From: Nostoc sp. DedSLP01
Lineage (GTDB): Bacteria; Cyanobacteriota; Cyanobacteriia; Cyanobacteriales; Nostocaceae
DNA: 64,000 nt
Reading direction: 5' to 3'
NCBI GenBank assembly: GCA_034530875.2
Contig: JAVRCJ020000006.1
Location: 64,001-128,000, forward strand
The notes beneath the pieces were generated by a model. It saw nothing but the letters and a program-made list of their open reading frames with translations, was not told where the DNA came from and did not search any database. The translations under genes and the position numbers were made by a program. Below, piece by piece: positions 60,141 through 64,000 of the stretch (the first letter of the stretch is position 1; each line of letters begins with the position of its first letter).

Positions 60141-62153
60141 TTAACCCAACAATTTCTTAGCCTTAGCTAACACGTTATCAACGCTAAAACCAAACTTCTC
60201 TAGACAAACACCACCTGGGGCGGAAGCACCAAAGCGATCGATACTAATAATGTCGCCTTCAGTACCGACATACTTGTGCCAGCCAAAACTAGAACCAGCT
60301 TCTACAGCCAAGCGCTTGGTGACAGCTTTCGGCAATACAGACTCTTTGTAAGCTGCGTCCTGTGCTTCAAACAAATCCCATGCAGGTAGGGAAACAACAC
60401 GGACTTTCTTGCCTTCGGCTGTGAGTTTTTCGGCTGCGGTGACGGCGAGGCTCAATTCTGAACCAGTGGCGATGATAATCAACTCTGGTGTACCTTCAGA
60501 ATCAAACACTGTGTAACCACCCTTGGTTACGCCTTCAATGGAAGTGCTTGACAGGTTGGGTACGTTTTGACGGGTGAATGCCAACAAAGTAGGAGCATTC
60601 TGCTTTGCTCTTTCGATCGCTATTTTATAAGCACCAGAGGTTTCTGTGCCGTCTCCGGGGCGAATCACCGTTAAGTTAGGAATAGCGCGTAAGGAAGCTA
60701 AAGTTTCGATGGGTTGGTGGGTTGGGCCGTCTTCACCTTGGCCAATGGAATCGTGAGTCATCACCCAAATTACCCCAGCTTGAGATAGGGCAGATAAGCG
60801 GATGGCAGCACGCATGTAATCTGTGAAGATCAAGAAGGTAGCGCCGTAGGGAATTAATCCCGAACCGTGTAGCGCAATACCATTACAGATAGCACCCATA
60901 CCGTGTTCCCGAACACCAAAGTGGATGTTGGGATTTTGGTATTGCCCTTTTTGAAAGTCGCCTTTACCCTTGATTTCGGTAAGGTTAGAGTGGGTCAAGT
61001 CAGCAGAACCACCGATTAACTCAGGTAAAACTGCTGCTAGTTTGTTGAGGCAGGTTTCCGAGTGTTTGCGGGTAGGTGCGGCTTTATCTTCTGTGGTGTA
61101 AGTGGGTAGTACTTTATCCCAACCATCCGGCAATTTGCTGGTTACGTAGCGTTCAAATTCAGCTGCTTCTTGGGGATACTTAGCTTTGTAGTCAGCAAAT
61201 GCTTTGTTCCACTCGTCTTCATAGCTTGCGCCGCGTTCTACAGCTTTGCGTGTATGGTTGAGGGCGTCTTGGGGAACTACAAAAGGCTCGTATTCCCAAC
61301 CCAAATTTTTACGAGTTAATGCTACTTCGTCTCCACCCAAAGCAGCACCGTGAACGCCAGCGGTGTTTGCTTTGTTGGGGGAACCGTAACCGATGGTGGT
61401 TGTTACCTTAATAAAAGAAGGTTTATCGGTGACAGCTTTGGCTGCTTCTATTGCTTTGGCAATTCCATCTAGGTCAGTGTTACCTTCAGCAACGTGTTGG
61501 ACATGCCAACCGTAAGCTTCAAAGCGCTTGGAAACATCTTCGGTAAATGCCACATCTGTGGAACCGTCGATGGAGATGTGGTTGTCGTCGTACAGAGCGA
61601 TGAGTTTACCTAATCCCAAGTGTCCTGCGAAAGAACAAGCTTCACCGGAAATACCTTCCATGTTGCAACCGTCACCTAAAATTACGTAGGTGTAATGGTC
61701 AACAATCTTGGCATCAGGCTTGTTGTATTTAGCGGCGAGGTGTGCTTCTGCTATAGCCAAACCGACTCCATTGGCAATTCCTTGACCTAGCGGCCCAGTG
61801 GTGACTTCCACGCCTGCGGTCATGAAGTTTTCTGGGTGTCCGGGAGTTTTCGATTCCCATTGACGGAATTGCTTGATATCTTCAATCGATACGCTGTCGA
61901 AGCCTGCTAAGTAGAGCAGGGCATACTGCAACATCGAGCCATGACCTGCGGACAAAACAAAGCGATCGCGGTTAAACCATTTGGGATTTTTGGGGTTAAA
62001 CCGCAAAAATCGATCCCATAGTACAAAGGCCATGGGAGCCGCGCCCATCGGCAGCCCTGGGTGTCCCGATTTTGCCTTTTCTACGGCGTCAATAGCCAAG
62101 AAGCGGATCGAGTTGATACAAAGTTCTTCGAGGGATTGGGTTGCAACAGCCAT
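60141..62153 (-). CDS. tkt: Transketolase
   Basis: [42 protein letters not shown]. Confidence 0.97.
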   Translation of the reverse strand: MAVATQSLEELCINSIRFLAIDAVEKAKSGHPGLPMGAAPMAFVLWDRFLRFNPKNPKWFNRDRFVLSAGHGSMLQYALLYLAGFDSVSIEDIKQFRQWESKTPGHPENFMTAGVEVTTGPLGQGIANGVGLAIAEAHLAAKYNKPDAKIVDHYTYVILGDGCNMEGISGEACSFAGHLGLGKLIALYDDNHISIDGSTDVAFTEDVSKRFEAYGWHVQHVAEGNTDLDGIAKAIEAAKAVTDKPSFIKVTTTIGYGSPNKANTAGVHGAALGGDEVALTRKNLGWEYEPFVVPQDALNHTRKAVERGASYEDEWNKAFADYKAKYPQEAAEFERYVTSKLPDGWDKVLPTYTTEDKAAPTRKHSETCLNKLAAVLPELIGGSADLTHSNLTEIKGKGDFQKGQYQNPNIHFGVREHGMGAICNGIALHGSGLIPYGATFLIFTDYMRAAIRLSALSQAGVIWVMTHDSIGQGEDGPTHQPIETLASLRAIPNLTVIRPGDGTETSGAYKIAIERAKQNAPTLLAFTRQNVPNLSSTSIEGVTKGGYTVFDSEGTPELIIIATGSELSLAVTAAEKLTAEGKKVRVVSLPAWDLFEAQDAAYKESVLPKAVTKRLAVEAGSSFGWHKYVGTEGDIISIDRFGASAPGGVCLEKFGFSVDNVLAKAKKLLG

Positions 62154-62577
62154 AATAAGATTGTTTTTAACGACGGGTTAGCACTCTTGGTAGCTCTCAC
62201 TCTTGGTGGGGTTACTTTTGGCAGTTAACAGTTTGATTTATTGGGTCGATCCCATATCAACTTGTTAACTGTTTATTAATCACTGAACTCTGATTAAAAT
62301 TTCCCACAGTATCTTTATCATCCCATTCTCGATTGTCGATGGACAAGCGGGATCTTGGGAGTGTGAGGTGATCGATCAAGCTGATAATTGGGTCATGCTG
62401 AACGCTTGGCTCATACCAGAATGATATCTATAGTACTTTTGGGACTGTCATTTTAGTAGACAGGAGGGTGGAGAGGCTCTTGCAGCAGGGGAGAGAATAT
62501 AAGAACTTTTAATTCTTCACTCCTGAGGCACTGCCAACTCCTGAATTCTGACTCCTGAATTCTGGATTTTGACTTTT

Positions 62578-63828
62578 TTACAGGTATTTCTTAAAGGCTA
62601 GTGTGACATTATGGCCGCCAAAACCGAAAGAATTGGATAGTGCCACTTCTACTTTTTGGGCGCGACTAGAGTTGGGCACATAATCTAAGTCGCAGTCTGG
62701 ATCGGGATTTTCGAGGTTGATTGTTGGAGGGATGCCGTCGTTAGCGATCGCCAGTACTGTCGCTACTGCTTCAATACCTCCAGAACCGCCCAAAAGATGA
62801 CCAGTCATCGATTTAGTGGAACTGATTGCTACTTTATAGGCATGTTCGCCCAAGGCTTTTTTGATGGCTGAGGTTTCAGTAGAATCGTTTGCTGGCGTGC
62901 TGGTGCCGTGAGCATTAATGTAGCTGATTTGGTCGGGGGTTATTCCTGCATCCTTCATCGCCAGTTCTATGGCTCTAGCTGCGCCTAGCCCACCGGGTAC
63001 GGGGGAGGTGATGTGATAAGCGTCACAGGTCATACCATAGCCGATCATTTCGGCATAAATGCGAGCGCCGCGACTCAGGGCGTGTTCTAGTTCTTCTAGA
63101 ATTAAAATTCCTGTACCTTCACCCAAAACGAAGCCGTCGCGATCGCGGTCAAAGGGACGGCAAGCACGAGCTGGATCGTCATTACGAAAAGAAAGCGCTT
63201 TACAAGCAGCAAATCCAGCTACAGACAATGGTGTGACAGCCGCTTCTGTGCCGCCGCAAATCATTGCTTGAGCATATCCCCCTTGAATTAAGCGAAAAGC
63301 ATCTCCAATGGCGTTGGAACCAGCGGCGCAAGCTGTGACAGCACAGGAATTCGGCCCTTTAGCACCAGTGTGAATTGCTGTTAGCCCTGCTGCCATATTG
63401 GCAATCATCATCGGTATCATGAATGGACTACAGCGATCTGGGCCGCGGTTAAGGTAGATAGTTTGCTGATCTTCTAATACTTTGATGCCACCAATACCAG
63501 AACCGATCATGACACCTACCTGTTCGGCGTTTAAGTCATTGATAACTAACTGCGCGTCAGATATTGCTTGTTTTGCTCCTGCAACCCCAAATTGGGCAAA
63601 TCGATCCATACGCTTGGCTTCTTTGCGATCCAAATAGTCATGTGGATCGAAATTTTTCACTTCACCAGCAATGCGGCAATCATGGCGAGACGCATCAAAA
63701 GCTGTGATGTAGTCAATACCATTGCGTCCACTTAATAATCCATCCCAATATTCTGTTGGTGTATTACCAATAGGTGTAATCGCGCCAACACCAGTTACAA
63801 CAACGCGTTTACGTGTAAAATCTGTCAT
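62578..63828 (-). CDS. fabF: 3-oxoacyl-ACP synthase II
   Basis: TACAAG, NAHGTST, KSMTGHLLG, SNSFGFGGHN. Confidence 0.96.
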   Translation of the reverse strand: MTDFTRKRVVVTGVGAITPIGNTPTEYWDGLLSGRNGIDYITAFDASRHDCRIAGEVKNFDPHDYLDRKEAKRMDRFAQFGVAGAKQAISDAQLVINDLNAEQVGVMIGSGIGGIKVLEDQQTIYLNRGPDRCSPFMIPMMIANMAAGLTAIHTGAKGPNSCAVTACAAGSNAIGDAFRLIQGGYAQAMICGGTEAAVTPLSVAGFAACKALSFRNDDPARACRPFDRDRDGFVLGEGTGILILEELEHALSRGARIYAEMIGYGMTCDAYHITSPVPGGLGAARAIELAMKDAGITPDQISYINAHGTSTPANDSTETSAIKKALGEHAYKVAISSTKSMTGHLLGGSGGIEAVATVLAIANDGIPPTINLENPDPDCDLDYVPNSSRAQKVEVALSNSFGFGGHNVTLAFKKYL

Positions 63829-63863
63829 GATTCAGTTAAAGGTGGCGAAAAAGCGAAGAGTCA

Positions 63864-63963
63864 AGCCAGTGCGTTCGGCGGGTTTCCCGACTTGAAGCAC
63901 CTGGCGTCAAAGCGCCGACTTGCGGCGATCTGTTAGCGCAGCCTTAGCGACGGAGGAGCGTCA
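63864..63963. repeat. Cluster of small GC-rich dispersed repeats upstream of fabF
   Basis: GCCAGtgc...gcacCTGGC hairpin flanked by a GTCAA duplication, then TGTTAGCGCAGC..., similar to the reverse complement of the 3446 element. Confidence 0.55.
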
Positions 63964-64000
63964 CTTTTGAAGACGAAGCAGGCAAAAAATTTGAGATTAG

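Noticed and set aside
62355..62372. Minus-strand CACCTCACACTCCC resembling the Yfr1 sRNA motif
   Set aside because: Imperfect match to ACTCCTCACAC, no flanking hairpin and terminator pair, and it lies in the tkt upstream region
2712..63271. Many 60-115 aa ORFs overlapping or antisense to the genes called above
   Set aside because: Shadow ORFs of well-supported genes, with no motifs or independent signals

Overview
A 64 kb chromosomal segment from a heterocyst-forming (Nostocales-type) cyanobacterium, judged from the abundant HIP1 octamer GCGATCGC, heptamer STRR arrays, GTAG-type REP hairpins, small MITEs and 21-24 nt dispersed repeats. The backbone is housekeeping: sbpA-cysT-cysW-NIL sulfate uptake, a secreted phytase-like/GDPD/RTX enzyme, an HstK-type hybrid kinase, ppa-panD, an RlhA-like U32 protein, ribE, birA, pgeF, csaB, ycf49, hisA, a coiled-coil pair (probably zicK/zacK), sphR-sphS-phoU-crp-porin, tkt and fabF. 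Three AT-rich accessory pockets interrupt it, and each contains a Uma2 (DUF820) gene beside a defence-like gene. (1) 23.7-27.6 kb: a DUF1778/GNAT toxin-antitoxin pair between two 89-bp direct repeats that both begin at a HIP1 site, followed by a DUF262-Schlafen/AlbA_2 fusion. (2) 39.0-41.5 kb: a pentapeptide-repeat-HNH nuclease fusion, divergent from an unannotated 39-codon ORF with a consensus NtcA-type promoter. (3) 54.5-60.0 kb: an IetA/IetS-like AAA ATPase plus S8 protease whose N-terminal domain is tandemly duplicated. Also seen: an ABC exporter interrupted at its 5' end, an MBL-fold protein with its metal ligands replaced, and in-frame small repeat insertions inside genes. I recognised no rRNA, tRNA, CRISPR array, transposase or integrase. 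All family assignments come from motifs read by eye; no searches were run.
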